From an uncultured bacterium (GTDB taxonomy: Bacteria; Fidelibacterota; UBA2242), in the NCBI GenBank assembly GCA_964546145.1, contig CAZJIU010000003.1, positions 1-57,584 of the forward strand: 57,584 bases of DNA, in the 5' to 3' direction. Position 1 is the first letter of the stretch. Each line of letters starts with the position of its first letter. This document shows positions 29,163-39,176 of the stretch, piece after piece. The notes below the pieces were generated by a model. It was not told the origin of the DNA and searched no databases. It saw nothing but the letters and a program-made list of their open reading frames with translations. Both the position numbers and the translations under genes were made by a program.

Positions 29163-29951
29163 TTAATAATCTAAAATAACAAAAACCTCTTCAATTGTAT
29201 CGGTATCAACGCGAGAGTGAACAATCACGGATTGGAACAGTTCGTTCTCCGGACGATTCACCTCAATTACCTCTCCAACAACAATGTCGGGAGGATAAAT
29301 TTTACTATAACCCGAGGTAATGACCAGTTCGCCGGGATCAATGGTAACCGTGATGGGAATCTCTTTCACCTCGGCTCGACCATCGGGATACCACTTCATG
29401 ATACCCGCCACACGCGAATTCTGAAATTTCACACTCAGTCTGAAATTAGCATCTAGAAATAATTGGACCTGGGTCGTACGATCCCCAACGGCAATGGTTT
29501 TCCCCACTATTCCCCTGGTAGAAATTACCGCCATGTTGGGTTTCACTCCCTGGCGTGACCCGACATTAAGCAGGATCGAGTTGACAATTGGTGTAGTACC
29601 CTTATTGATAACCTTGGCTGGCAACAAATCAAACTTGGTACTATCCAGCATATTCAACATGGATTTCAAGCGTTGATTTTCAATAAAGGCTTCTTTGAAT
29701 TCCACGTTTTGAAGCCTTAGTTGCAGATTTTCCCGACGTAAATTTTCATTTTCCTCAATCAGACCAGACAGCTGATTAATCCACATCCGCGGATAGTGAA
29801 TAAAGGTGAAAACATCGGCAATCTCGCCCTGCAGCGCCCGCGTCTGCGGTACCTCATTTATAAATAAGATTAATAATGAGATTATAATCAAGAATAAAAA
29901 GAGTAAATACTCGTAAAAATCAAGTAGAATAAAGATTATCTTTTTCCACAT
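29163..29951 (-). CDS. mreC: Rod-shape-determining protein MreC
   Basis: 262 aa. N-terminal TM segment, coiled coil (ENENLRRENLQLRLQN), C-terminal beta domains. Confidence 0.88.
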   Translation of the reverse strand: MWKKIIFILLDFYEYLLFLFLIIISLLILFINEVPQTRALQGEIADVFTFIHYPRMWINQLSGLIEENENLRRENLQLRLQNVEFKEAFIENQRLKSMLNMLDSTKFDLLPAKVINKGTTPIVNSILLNVGSRQGVKPNMAVISTRGIVGKTIAVGDRTTQVQLFLDANFRLSVKFQNSRVAGIMKWYPDGRAEVKEIPITVTIDPGELVITSGYSKIYPPDIVVGEVIEVNRPENELFQSVIVHSRVDTDTIEEVFVILDY

Positions 29952-29956
29952 TATTG

Positions 29957-30970
29957 CTACACGAGGACTTCTTTGTACTTTTCCAGATTTTCGATAATAA
30001 TTCCCGTCCCCTTGACCACCGATAAAAGAGGCTCTTCGGCAACATTAACGGGCAGGTCAGTTTCAACCCGAAAGCGTTGATCAAGACCTTTTAGTAATGC
30101 ACCACCACCGGTAAGGATTATACCTCTGTCCAAAATATCCGAGGACAATTCCGGTGGGGTCATCTCTAAGGCTTGTTTGATCGCCTGAGTAATCAGATCA
30201 ATCGTATTTTTCAGACACTCCCTGATCTCAACCGAGGAGACCTCGATGGTTTTCGGAATACCAGCAGCCAGACTGCGGCCTTTTACCGAGATCGTAGTAT
30301 CATCAATTGGCATGGCCGAACCGACGGTACACTTGATCCACTCCGCGGTTCTTTCACCGACAAGCAGATTATGCTCAGATTTAAAATACTGGATAATAGC
30401 CTCATCCATTTCATCGCCAGCGACCCGAATAGCCTGCTTTGTAACAATTCCATTGAGTGCAATAACCGCGATTTCAGTTGTCCCGCCTCCAATATCAACA
30501 ATGATATTGCCAATTGGTTTAGAAATATCTATCCCAATGCCAATTGCCGCTGCAACCGGTTCTTCAACCAGATATACTTCTCGCGCATTGGCCCGATCGG
30601 CGGAATCGCGCACGGCTCGCTTCTCCACTTCGGTAATTCCCGAAGGAATACAGATCACAAATCGGGGACGGGCGATCCGGCTCAGGTTAACTTTGCGGAT
30701 AAAACCCCGGATCATGGCATCGGTCATCTCAAAGTCCGCTATCACGCCATCTTTCAGCGGACGAATCGTAATAATATCGTGATGGGTCTTGCCCAGCATT
30801 TCCTTGGCATCACTTCCGACAGCAATCACCTCAGCATCATGAGCGGAGCGCGCAACAATGCTGGGTTCATTCAAGATAATTCCTTTGCCTTTCATATATA
30901 TCAAAGTATTCGAGGTACCCAGATCAATTGCAATGTCCCCGGCAAAAATATTGAATAGCGAAAATCCCAT
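29957..30970 (-). CDS. mreB: Rod-shape-determining actin homologue MreB
   Basis: 337 aa. IAIDLGTSNTLIY, DIGGGTTEIAVI, ILTGGGALLKGLD. Confidence 0.97.
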   Translation of the reverse strand: MGFSLFNIFAGDIAIDLGTSNTLIYMKGKGIILNEPSIVARSAHDAEVIAVGSDAKEMLGKTHHDIITIRPLKDGVIADFEMTDAMIRGFIRKVNLSRIARPRFVICIPSGITEVEKRAVRDSADRANAREVYLVEEPVAAAIGIGIDISKPIGNIIVDIGGGTTEIAVIALNGIVTKQAIRVAGDEMDEAIIQYFKSEHNLLVGERTAEWIKCTVGSAMPIDDTTISVKGRSLAAGIPKTIEVSSVEIRECLKNTIDLITQAIKQALEMTPPELSSDILDRGIILTGGGALLKGLDQRFRVETDLPVNVAEEPLLSVVKGTGIIIENLEKYKEVLV

Positions 30971-30984
30971 AGATACTCCAAATA

Positions 30985-32553
30985 TTAGTGTTTAAAAACT
31001 CGTTTATGCGTCAGCAGCATGAATATGCCCTGCTCATCACACGCCTCAATAACTTCATTATCGCGCACACTGCCGCCCGGTTGAATCACTCCCCTGATTC
31101 CGGCCTGAGCCGCGAGATCAATAGAATCCCGAAAAGGGAAAAAAGCGTCCGAAGCCATAATGCAACCTTTGGTTTCCAAACCAGCCTCGCGAGCCTTGCG
31201 CAGCGCAATCTTGAGTGCATCAACCCGGGCCATCTGCCCAGCACCAACTCCAACCGATCCGGTTTCATCCGTCAACACAATCGCATTAGACTTAACCTTT
31301 TTCACCAAATGCCAACCCAGACGCAAGGCTTCGTGACATTTATCGTTCGGCTTTTCCTGGGTCACTACCTGCCAGCCTGACTCGGATTCCTCGCAAGACT
31401 GGATTGTTTGCACAAGCAGCCCTTTTCCGTAACTTTTCAGATCATATCTGTCGTTAAGATAATCATCATTGGGTATTAGTAGACGCAGGTTCTTTCTCTT
31501 AGCCAGGATTTCCAACGCCTCCGGGCTAAAACCAGGTGCTACAATACACTCCAGAAAACTCTTGGCGAACTCTTCTGCCAGAGTTTGATCCACAATCCGG
31601 TTGATCCCAACAATGCCACCATAGTAGCTCACCGAATCGGCTTTTACCGCCCGGAGATATGCGGCCAAAGGCGAAGCAGCTATCCCACATCCGCAGGGAT
31701 TAGTGTGTTTAACATTAACGCAGATCACCGCATCGGTTCGATACTCGAATGCCAGTCGGTAGGCTGCCAGACAATCAACATAATTATTATAGGAAATTTC
31801 CTTACCCTGGAGCTGCTCGAATGGCAGAGCATCAAAATTCATGACGGAACTATAAAGAGCAGCTGCCTGATCGGGATTCTCACCGTAGCGCAGATTCACT
31901 GTTCTCTGATAGGGAGTCAGGATAAATTCCGGTGGGTTCACTTGAGTTTCGGACCGGGAATCAGCACTGCCCGAGAAGTAGGCTGCAATTTCACTATCAT
32001 AGATTGCCGTCCTGATAAAAACTGCTTTGGCCAGCTGGCGCAGATAAGCCTCATCCAGGTTTTGATTTTCAAAGCGCTGAATAAACTCATCATACTGAGA
32101 GGGATCGGAAAGCACTGCAACGTTATTGTAATTCTTCGATGCTGCCCTGAGCATCGACGGCCCGCCCACATCAATCATCTCGATTATCTCATCATCGCTT
32201 TTATCACCAGCTCGATAGGTTTGCGAAAAAGGGTACAGATTTACGACGATCAATTGAAACGGGATCCCGTTAACTCTTGCTAAATCCTGCCGATGATCAG
32301 CCTTGCGATTATCCGCCAGAAGACCAGCAAAAATAAGCGGATGAAGAGTTTTTACCCGACCATGCAGAATTTCCGGAAAACCAGTGAAGTCTTCAATCTT
32401 CTCAACCGTAATTCCCTCCCCTAACAACTTCCGGTAAGTACCGCCGGTGGCAAGCAAGCGTACGCCGCCTTTCTGTAAGGTTCGGGCTAATGGAATAAGA
32501 TTACTCTTATCCCAGACGCTGATAATCGCTTGTTTAATTTCAATACCCTTCAT
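30985..32553 (-). CDS. purH: Bifunctional AICAR transformylase / IMP cyclohydrolase
   Basis: 522 aa. MGS-like N-terminal domain (ISVWDKS...LATGGT) and AICARFT domain. Confidence 0.95.
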   Translation of the reverse strand: MKGIEIKQAIISVWDKSNLIPLARTLQKGGVRLLATGGTYRKLLGEGITVEKIEDFTGFPEILHGRVKTLHPLIFAGLLADNRKADHRQDLARVNGIPFQLIVVNLYPFSQTYRAGDKSDDEIIEMIDVGGPSMLRAASKNYNNVAVLSDPSQYDEFIQRFENQNLDEAYLRQLAKAVFIRTAIYDSEIAAYFSGSADSRSETQVNPPEFILTPYQRTVNLRYGENPDQAAALYSSVMNFDALPFEQLQGKEISYNNYVDCLAAYRLAFEYRTDAVICVNVKHTNPCGCGIAASPLAAYLRAVKADSVSYYGGIVGINRIVDQTLAEEFAKSFLECIVAPGFSPEALEILAKRKNLRLLIPNDDYLNDRYDLKSYGKGLLVQTIQSCEESESGWQVVTQEKPNDKCHEALRLGWHLVKKVKSNAIVLTDETGSVGVGAGQMARVDALKIALRKAREAGLETKGCIMASDAFFPFRDSIDLAAQAGIRGVIQPGGSVRDNEVIEACDEQGIFMLLTHKRVFKH

Positions 32554-33170
32554 CTCTGCCAGACTATTTTACCATTTTTGATAAAAATTTCCTCGTTACA
32601 AATTGCCCGGACCACCTCTGGATACAATCTATGCTCCACTTCGAGAACCCGCCGGGCGAGTGTCTCAGGCGTATCATCAGCTAAAACTGCTACCTTCTCC
32701 TGCACGATCACCTGACCATTATCATAATGTTCATCCACAAAGTGAACGGTTACCCCGGTTATCTTCACGCCCGAGCGAATCACTGCTTCGTGAACTTTCA
32801 AACCATAATAACCTTTGCCACCAAAATTCGGTAAGAGGGCCGGATGGATATTCACAATTGCATTGCGAAATCGGGCCACCAAGGGCGCGGGAATAAGTTT
32901 CAAATAACCCGCCAGGATAATCAGCTCCACGCTATAAGACTCCAGCAAATCAATCAAAAATCGGGCGTAATCGGCGGCGTCCGAAAATTGCTTCCGGTTT
33001 ACCCAATGAGTCGGAATCTGATGCTCCTGAGCAATATTAAAAACCGGCGGATGAACATGATCACTAAGAACACACATCACCTGACCCTGAATACTTCCCA
33101 GTTTTATCTGTTCCAGTATCGCTGCAAAATTCGAGCCCCGTCCGGACGCAAAAACCGCAATTTTTTTCAA
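32550..33170 (-). CDS. purN: Phosphoribosylglycinamide formyltransferase
   Basis: 206 aa. KIAVFASGRGSNF and NIHPALLP motifs. 4-nt overlap with purH. Confidence 0.93.
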   Translation of the reverse strand: MKKIAVFASGRGSNFAAILEQIKLGSIQGQVMCVLSDHVHPPVFNIAQEHQIPTHWVNRKQFSDAADYARFLIDLLESYSVELIILAGYLKLIPAPLVARFRNAIVNIHPALLPNFGGKGYYGLKVHEAVIRSGVKITGVTVHFVDEHYDNGQVIVQEKVAVLADDTPETLARRVLEVEHRLYPEVVRAICNEEIFIKNGKIVWQR

Positions 33171-33266
33171 CCTGAAGGTGTCCCTGCTATTAATAAAAAA
33201 CGCTTAAATTTATTCAAAACCTTCACTAAAAACAATTAAGTCCGGTGCGAAATTATATAAATATGC

Positions 33267-33899
33267 CTACTCATTCTCTGGACATGTCTTACGGATGTCG
33301 CCCAGCAGCTTTTCCAGCTGATCCGAATCTTCAAATACATTAAAGTGGTCAGTCTCTACAATTTTAACCGGATACCAGTCGGCAGCCTTCTTAATCCAGT
33401 GCTCATAGGCAATATTCAACATGTAAATATATTCCGGCGAGATGGTATTTTCAAAAGAACGTGAACGTTTTTTTATCCGGGTTAGCAAGGTGTCCACACT
33501 AGCTCGCAGGTAAATAATCAGATCGGGTTTTTTCAGATAAGCGGTCATTTCTTCGAAAAGCGCCCGATAGCTCTCCCAGTCGCGCTGACTCATATTTCCC
33601 ATCTCATACAGATTCCGGGCAAAAATCCCAACATCTTCGTAGATTGTCCGGTCCTGAACGGCGGAAAAGCCTGACTCCGTCATCTGTTTATGGGCCCTGA
33701 AGCGGTGGGATAGAAAATAAATTTGCAGGTTAAAGCTCCAGCGCTTCATATCCTCGTAAAAATCTTCCAGATAGGGATTGTTGATCACTGACTCATAATA
33801 AGCCCGCCAGCCAAACCGATTGGCGATGACATCGGTCATAGTGGTTTTCCCGACTCCAATATTGCCCGCTATCCCGATAAAGTAGGTTCTCTTATTCAT
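33267..33899 (-). CDS. Deoxynucleoside kinase (start at MNKRTYF)
   Basis: P-loop IAGNIGVGKTT and DRTIYED; dNK-family layout. Confidence 0.8.
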   Translation of the reverse strand: MNKRTYFIGIAGNIGVGKTTMTDVIANRFGWRAYYESVINNPYLEDFYEDMKRWSFNLQIYFLSHRFRAHKQMTESGFSAVQDRTIYEDVGIFARNLYEMGNMSQRDWESYRALFEEMTAYLKKPDLIIYLRASVDTLLTRIKKRSRSFENTISPEYIYMLNIAYEHWIKKAADWYPVKIVETDHFNVFEDSDQLEKLLGDIRKTCPENE

Positions 33900-35190
33900 C
33901 AACAATCTCTCCCAGAGCAATCACTCCACTTACACCATTGATCCGAATCCGTCTCATCTGATTAATCAATAACTGGCTGGAGCTAACTCTAACCGTAATA
34001 TAATTATCCGAGAGCCCTTCGAAAAGCCCCAATTCATTTTTCTTTTCAAATAAAACTATCAATTCCCGGCCAACAAAATTTTTTAGAAAACGTTTTTTTA
34101 ATGATTTGCCAAGATTACGGAGCTGTTCGGCACGCCCTTTCTTAATATATTCAGGAACAGAATTACTCAGGGTAACCGCAGAAGTCCCGGGTCGAGCTGA
34201 AAAGCGAAACACCTGCAAATAAGCCAGAGGCGAGCACTCAATCAAATGGAGCATTGTTTGGAAATGCGGCTCAGTCTCACCCGGAAAACCCACCATAACA
34301 TCCGTACCAATACAGACATCCGGAATGCTATCGGCAATTCTAGTAACTAACTCATGATACATTTTGGTAGTATAGTGTCGCTGCATCCGTTTCAAAATTG
34401 GCTCGGCACCATGCTGCAAAGGAATATGGAAATGGCGGCAGAACCGCGACTCTTTAGCCATCAAGTCAATCAGCCGGTCAGTTATTAGGTCAGGCTCGAT
34501 CGAACTAATGCGAATCCGTTTGATTCTGGTCTTTGCCAACAGTGATTCGACCAGAGTTGCTAAATCCACACAATTTTCGGCCGAATAGGTGCCAAGATTG
34601 ACGCCGGTCAGAACGATCTCTTGAAAACCCAGATCATCGAGCATTCGGGCTTCATTCAGAATTTGTATAAAATTCCGACTGCGGGCGCGACCCCGTAATA
34701 ATGGGATAATGCAATACGCACAGCGATAATCGCAGCCGTCCTGGATTTTTAAATGCGCCCGAAGCCGATCTCCCCGGGCAACAATTCCATCCGGCGGAAA
34801 AGTATAGCCTTGATCCTCATTTGTAACATAAATCCCGCTTTGGCCGTGTTCCATTTCTCTTAAAAATTCAGGGATGTGGTATTTCTCTTTATTGCCCAAC
34901 ACCAGAGTAACACCGGTCTGGTTCGAGAGCTCCTGCGCAGCCAGCTGCGCATAACAACCAACGACCATTATTTTCCCCTGCGGCGAGATGCGTCGGGCAG
35001 CAGCGATTGCGCCACGAGTTTTGGCTTCAGCCTGATGGGTTACCGCACAGGAATTGATAATTGTTACATCGGCGGGAATATTCGGACTAACTATTTGCCA
35101 GCCAAATTTTTGCAGCTCGTCTTGAACCGCATCGGACTCTGAATGATTCAAGCGACAACCGAGGGTCCGCAAACTTACGGTTTTGATCAA
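33892..35190 (-). CDS. mtaB: tRNA t6A37 methylthiotransferase MtaB (radical SAM MTTase)
   Basis: 432 aa. UPF0004 N-terminal domain (TLGCRLNHSESD), CDYRCAYC radical-SAM cluster, C-terminal TRAM-like domain. Confidence 0.8.
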   Translation of the reverse strand: MIKTVSLRTLGCRLNHSESDAVQDELQKFGWQIVSPNIPADVTIINSCAVTHQAEAKTRGAIAAARRISPQGKIMVVGCYAQLAAQELSNQTGVTLVLGNKEKYHIPEFLREMEHGQSGIYVTNEDQGYTFPPDGIVARGDRLRAHLKIQDGCDYRCAYCIIPLLRGRARSRNFIQILNEARMLDDLGFQEIVLTGVNLGTYSAENCVDLATLVESLLAKTRIKRIRISSIEPDLITDRLIDLMAKESRFCRHFHIPLQHGAEPILKRMQRHYTTKMYHELVTRIADSIPDVCIGTDVMVGFPGETEPHFQTMLHLIECSPLAYLQVFRFSARPGTSAVTLSNSVPEYIKKGRAEQLRNLGKSLKKRFLKNFVGRELIVLFEKKNELGLFEGLSDNYITVRVSSSQLLINQMRRIRINGVSGVIALGEIVDE

Positions 35191-35192
35191 TG

Positions 35193-36257
35193 CTAACGAA
35201 TTTCTATAATGCTTTGATCGCCGATGATGAATCGGTTAGTGAACGGTTTGGATTTAGCCTCACTAATAATGACATTTTTGCCCAGCAGACTGGATTCAAT
35301 GCGGATCTTCTGGTTGATAATTTTACAATCCTCGGAGATGATACTAAACTCTACTTCAGAATTCTGGATTAAACAATTGCGCTCGATGGAGGTATAAGGT
35401 CCAATGTACGCATGGACAATCCGCGTCTTTGCCCCAATGATTGCCGGACCACGAATATTGCTATTCTGGATTTCAGCTCCTTCACCAATCACAACCCGCC
35501 CGGAAATTACACTATGACTATCCACTTTCCCCTTGATATCGGCAGCAATATTATCCAGTACCAGGCGATTGGCTTCCAGTAAGTCATATGGCTTACCGGT
35601 ATCCTTCCACCAGCCGGTTATCTCCGAATAGGTGACTTTCAAGCCTTTATTTATCAGATACTGATGGGCATCGGAAATTTCCAACTCGCCGCGCTGGCTG
35701 GGCTGGATACTATTCACAGCCTCAAAAATTGTTTTATCATAAAGATAAATACCGGTAACCGCATAATCACTTTTAGGTTGCCTGGGTTTCTCTTCGACTT
35801 TGACAATTTTTCCATTACGAATATCCGGAACTCCAAAACGCTCGGGATCAGGTACCTTCGCCAGGATCAGATGACAGTTGGATTGGCAGCTTTGAAACTC
35901 GGCGATAAATCTTTTAATTCCCCCAACAATGATGTTATCCCCCAGATAAAAAACAAACGGCTCGTCGCCAATAAACGACTGGGCGATTTTCACACAATCG
36001 GCTAACCCGGCTGGTTTCTCTTGAGGAATATAAGTGATTGACAATCCCATTTTTCGACCATTTCCATAAGCCTCTTTGACTTCCCAGCCCTCTTTATTGG
36101 TAATGATGCCAACCTCCTTTATCCCAGCTTCGCGGACATATTCCAGTGCATAGCTCAAAATCGGCTTATTAGCGATGGGAATCAAATGTTTATTCTGGGT
36201 ATGGGTAATTGGCCGCAGGCGAGTTCCATGTCCGCCAGCCGTAATCAGTGCCTTCAT
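35193..36257 (-). CDS. Sugar-1-phosphate nucleotidyltransferase, long form with a C-terminal left-handed beta-helix (glucose-1-phosphate thymidylyltransferase-like)
   Basis: 354 aa. MKALITAGGHGTRLRPIT...NKHLIP signature. Hexapeptide repeats at the C-terminus. Confidence 0.75.
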   Translation of the reverse strand: MKALITAGGHGTRLRPITHTQNKHLIPIANKPILSYALEYVREAGIKEVGIITNKEGWEVKEAYGNGRKMGLSITYIPQEKPAGLADCVKIAQSFIGDEPFVFYLGDNIIVGGIKRFIAEFQSCQSNCHLILAKVPDPERFGVPDIRNGKIVKVEEKPRQPKSDYAVTGIYLYDKTIFEAVNSIQPSQRGELEISDAHQYLINKGLKVTYSEITGWWKDTGKPYDLLEANRLVLDNIAADIKGKVDSHSVISGRVVIGEGAEIQNSNIRGPAIIGAKTRIVHAYIGPYTSIERNCLIQNSEVEFSIISEDCKIINQKIRIESSLLGKNVIISEAKSKPFTNRFIIGDQSIIEIR

Positions 36258-36357
36258 AATCTACCTTCCATTTTTTTTCTTGATATCCAGAACTAATTTA
36301 CCTATCCGAATGACGGTTGAAATTATCGAAGGGTTGGACTAAAGTCAAGAGTACTCC

Positions 36358-37653
36358 TCAATCCTCTACTTCTCCAACCAGATCAAAGTCATCTGCCTTC
36401 AATATTTTAACTGAATCAATTGTTCCAATTTCAAGCTGCTTTCGCGCATGAACTAATACACTATTATCAATTTCAGGAGCATCCCAGACCGTTCGCCCCC
36501 GGTAACTGGTCCCTAGTGATTCCTCTATAATCACCCCAACAACCTGGCCTATCTTCGACTCGGCAAACTCACAGGCAATCGGCCATTGAATCTGCATTAC
36601 CAGCTCCTTACGTCGCTCTTTCTCAACCGGTGACACATTATCGGTCAATCCGGCTGCCCAGGTATCCTCTTCCGCTGAATAAGTAAATACTCCCAATCGT
36701 TCGAATCGGAGATCCTCAACCAAATCCAGCAGAAGCTCAAAATCCTCTTCAGTCTCACCCGGAAATCCAACCATTAATGAGGTTCGCAGAGCGATCCCGG
36801 GAATATCCCGGCGCAGCTGAAGCAGTTTCTGCCGCATCCTGGTAACCGCATATGATCTTTTCATCTTTCGTAAAATCCTGGGAGAAGCGTGCTGAATTGG
36901 AATATCCAGATAAGGACACAGCTCCTGATATTTCACAAAGAGTCCGTTCAGGCTTTTCGACCAGAAATCCGGATTGCAATACAGCAGTCGCACCCATGGA
37001 AACAGGCGCATTGCTAATAATTGATCCAATAAATCATACAGATTTACTCGCGGCACCAAATCCGAACCGTAGCGGGTCAAATCCTGAGCTATCAGAATCA
37101 GTTCCCTGACTCCCTTCTGGTGGAGGTATTCCGCTTCCTTTAACAAACTCTTTATCGAGCGGCTCTTCTGGTGACCACGCATTAGTGGAATGGAACAGAA
37201 ACTGCAGCGATTGTCGCACCCTTCGGCGATCTTCAGATACGCTAAATAAGGCGGTGTCAATAGTGACCGCACTCGCTCAATATTTCCACAAGCAACTGAG
37301 TGACCGACAAGATCTTTTACAATCCAGTCAACCTCATCCACGCCATAAATCCCGTCAACTTCTGGCAATTCATACCGTAGCTGCTCGGGATAGCGCTGGG
37401 AAAGGCAACCGCTAATGATAATCTTTTTGGTCGGATCTCTTTTCTTGAGTTCGATATTTTCCAGAATAATCTCGATAGATTCATCCCGGGCAAAATCAAT
37501 AAAGCCGCAAGTATTAATAATAATGACGGAAGCTACTGCCGGATCTGGTGTATAACGATAACCAACCTTTTCCAAGTTGCCTCTTAAAATCTCGGAATCC
37601 ACCGTATTTTTGGGACATCCCAGGGTAACAATCGAAAAAGACTTGGATATCAT
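36358..37653 (-). CDS. rimO: Ribosomal protein S12 methylthiotransferase RimO
   Basis: 431 aa. LGCPKNTVDSE, CDNRCSFC, C-terminal TRAM. Confidence 0.85.
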   Translation of the reverse strand: MISKSFSIVTLGCPKNTVDSEILRGNLEKVGYRYTPDPAVASVIIINTCGFIDFARDESIEIILENIELKKRDPTKKIIISGCLSQRYPEQLRYELPEVDGIYGVDEVDWIVKDLVGHSVACGNIERVRSLLTPPYLAYLKIAEGCDNRCSFCSIPLMRGHQKSRSIKSLLKEAEYLHQKGVRELILIAQDLTRYGSDLVPRVNLYDLLDQLLAMRLFPWVRLLYCNPDFWSKSLNGLFVKYQELCPYLDIPIQHASPRILRKMKRSYAVTRMRQKLLQLRRDIPGIALRTSLMVGFPGETEEDFELLLDLVEDLRFERLGVFTYSAEEDTWAAGLTDNVSPVEKERRKELVMQIQWPIACEFAESKIGQVVGVIIEESLGTSYRGRTVWDAPEIDNSVLVHARKQLEIGTIDSVKILKADDFDLVGEVED

Positions 37654-37670
37654 TTTCCCCGGTTTATTCT

Positions 37671-39170
37671 CTAACTTGGAACTGAGAGTAGAGCATCAAT
37701 AAATTCAGCCAGTTCAAACTCAACCAGATCGCCGAGCTGCTCACCGACTCCAAGATAGCGAATGGGAATATTCATTTTTTGGTGAATAGCCAAAACTGCC
37801 CCGCCTTTGGCGGTACCATCCAGCTTGGTCAAGATGATTCCGGTTACACCAATCGAATTCATGAACTCCTGCGCTTGAGCGATGCCGTTCTGACCGGTAT
37901 TGCCATCCAGCACCAGCCAGATTTCGTGCGGTGCCGCGGGAATCAGCTTGCCGATTACCCGTTTGATTTTACCTAACTCTGCCATCAGATTCGATTTAGT
38001 GTGTAGTCGGCCAGCGGTATCAATTAAAACAATATCATGACCCTTTGCTTGCGCCGATTTGATGGCATCGAACACCACAGATGATGGATCCTTGCCTTGA
38101 GGATTGCCCACGAAATCGGCACCGGTTCGTTCCGCCCAGATTTTCAACTGGTCATAGGCAGCTGCTCGAAAAGTATCCGCAGCAACCATCAAAACCTGTT
38201 TACCTTCAGCTATATAACGATGAGCCAATTTGGCGATACTGGTCGTCTTGCCGGTACCATTGACACCAATAATTAAGATAATCCATGGCTTGGAGTGACT
38301 CGAAAAAACCGGGGTGCCTTGATGAATTAGAGCTTTCATCTCAGCTTTTAAAATATCATTTAGATTGTCGGCCTCTTTACGATCTAATAGTCGGAGTCGG
38401 TCAATTAAACTCTCCGTCAGTTCCACACCCATATCCGCAGCGAGGAGAGTCTCCTCGATCGCTGTCAACATATCCTGCTCAATCCGAAAATATTTACCCA
38501 CTAACGGCAACCGTGCGGCAATGCCAGTCCCGGTTTTCTGCAAACCCTGAGAAAGCCGATTTTCCTGGCCCGGAACCGCCATTTTCTTTTTTGCTGCAAT
38601 AATCTGCTTGATAAAAGTAATGATATATTGCACCCAGGATATAAATAGGAGAGCGATGGAAGTCCACATGATCGGATTAATCCATCGCCCCAGAGTATTA
38701 GAATAGATAAACGCCAGCACCGTTGCCGTGGTAAAATAGATTGAGACCTTACTGGTCAAATTCGCATAGGGAGTAATCTTGCAGTTATTCATCAGATAAA
38801 CACTAAACAGAGCAATTGTCAGGTCTCTGACAGCCAGGATAATAAAATAAAAGATCGGCATCCGATCGGTAAAAATGAGAAACAACATTACACTAAAAAT
38901 TACGACCTTATCCGCAAAAGGATCCAGAACCTTGCCTAGCTCAGTAATCTCATGGCTGACCCGCGCCAGCCAACCATCCAACATATCAGAAGCAATGGCA
39001 ATAATGATAAAAATTAATGCGATTTTGCCTCGGCCGGCACGCAGGAAGTACAAAATCGGCAGGGTCAAGAAAACCCGCAAAATTGATATCATATTCGAAA
39101 GAGTCACAACCCGATCAGGGTTCATTTCCTCATACTTGCGTCGGACAATATTCTGCTTCACTATTCCCAT
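37671..39170 (-). CDS. ftsY: Fusion protein: N-terminal CDP-alcohol phosphatidyltransferase (PgsA-like, aa 1-190) + SRP receptor FtsY N/G domains (aa ~197-499)
   Basis: One uninterrupted 499-aa frame. DMLDGWLARVSHEITELGKVLDPFADKV is a complete DGxxARx8Gx3Dx3D motif. IGVNGTGKTTSIAKLA, DTAGRL and TKLDGTAKGG are the FtsY GTPase motifs. An in-frame ATG sits at 38582. Confidence 0.8.
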   Translation of the reverse strand: MGIVKQNIVRRKYEEMNPDRVVTLSNMISILRVFLTLPILYFLRAGRGKIALIFIIIAIASDMLDGWLARVSHEITELGKVLDPFADKVVIFSVMLFLIFTDRMPIFYFIILAVRDLTIALFSVYLMNNCKITPYANLTSKVSIYFTTATVLAFIYSNTLGRWINPIMWTSIALLFISWVQYIITFIKQIIAAKKKMAVPGQENRLSQGLQKTGTGIAARLPLVGKYFRIEQDMLTAIEETLLAADMGVELTESLIDRLRLLDRKEADNLNDILKAEMKALIHQGTPVFSSHSKPWIILIIGVNGTGKTTSIAKLAHRYIAEGKQVLMVAADTFRAAAYDQLKIWAERTGADFVGNPQGKDPSSVVFDAIKSAQAKGHDIVLIDTAGRLHTKSNLMAELGKIKRVIGKLIPAAPHEIWLVLDGNTGQNGIAQAQEFMNSIGVTGIILTKLDGTAKGGAVLAIHQKMNIPIRYLGVGEQLGDLVEFELAEFIDALLSVPS

Positions 39171-39176
39171 ACTTCT

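Noticed and set aside
30173-30958. A 261-aa plus-strand ORF (and a 178-aa one at 30246-30782) antisense to mreB. Similar long antisense ORFs occur in purH (31585-32283, 232 aa) and in the acyl-CoA ligase gene (848-1369, 173 aa).
   Set aside because: I checked the register. The 261-, 232- and 173-aa ORFs are all codon-aligned with the sense gene; the distances from the sense start (795, 966 and 1332 nt) are all divisible by 3. In this register antisense stops arise only from sense TTA, CTA and TCA codons, which these genes avoid. The translations are low-complexity with no recognisable motifs. They are a codon-usage artefact, not overlapping genes.
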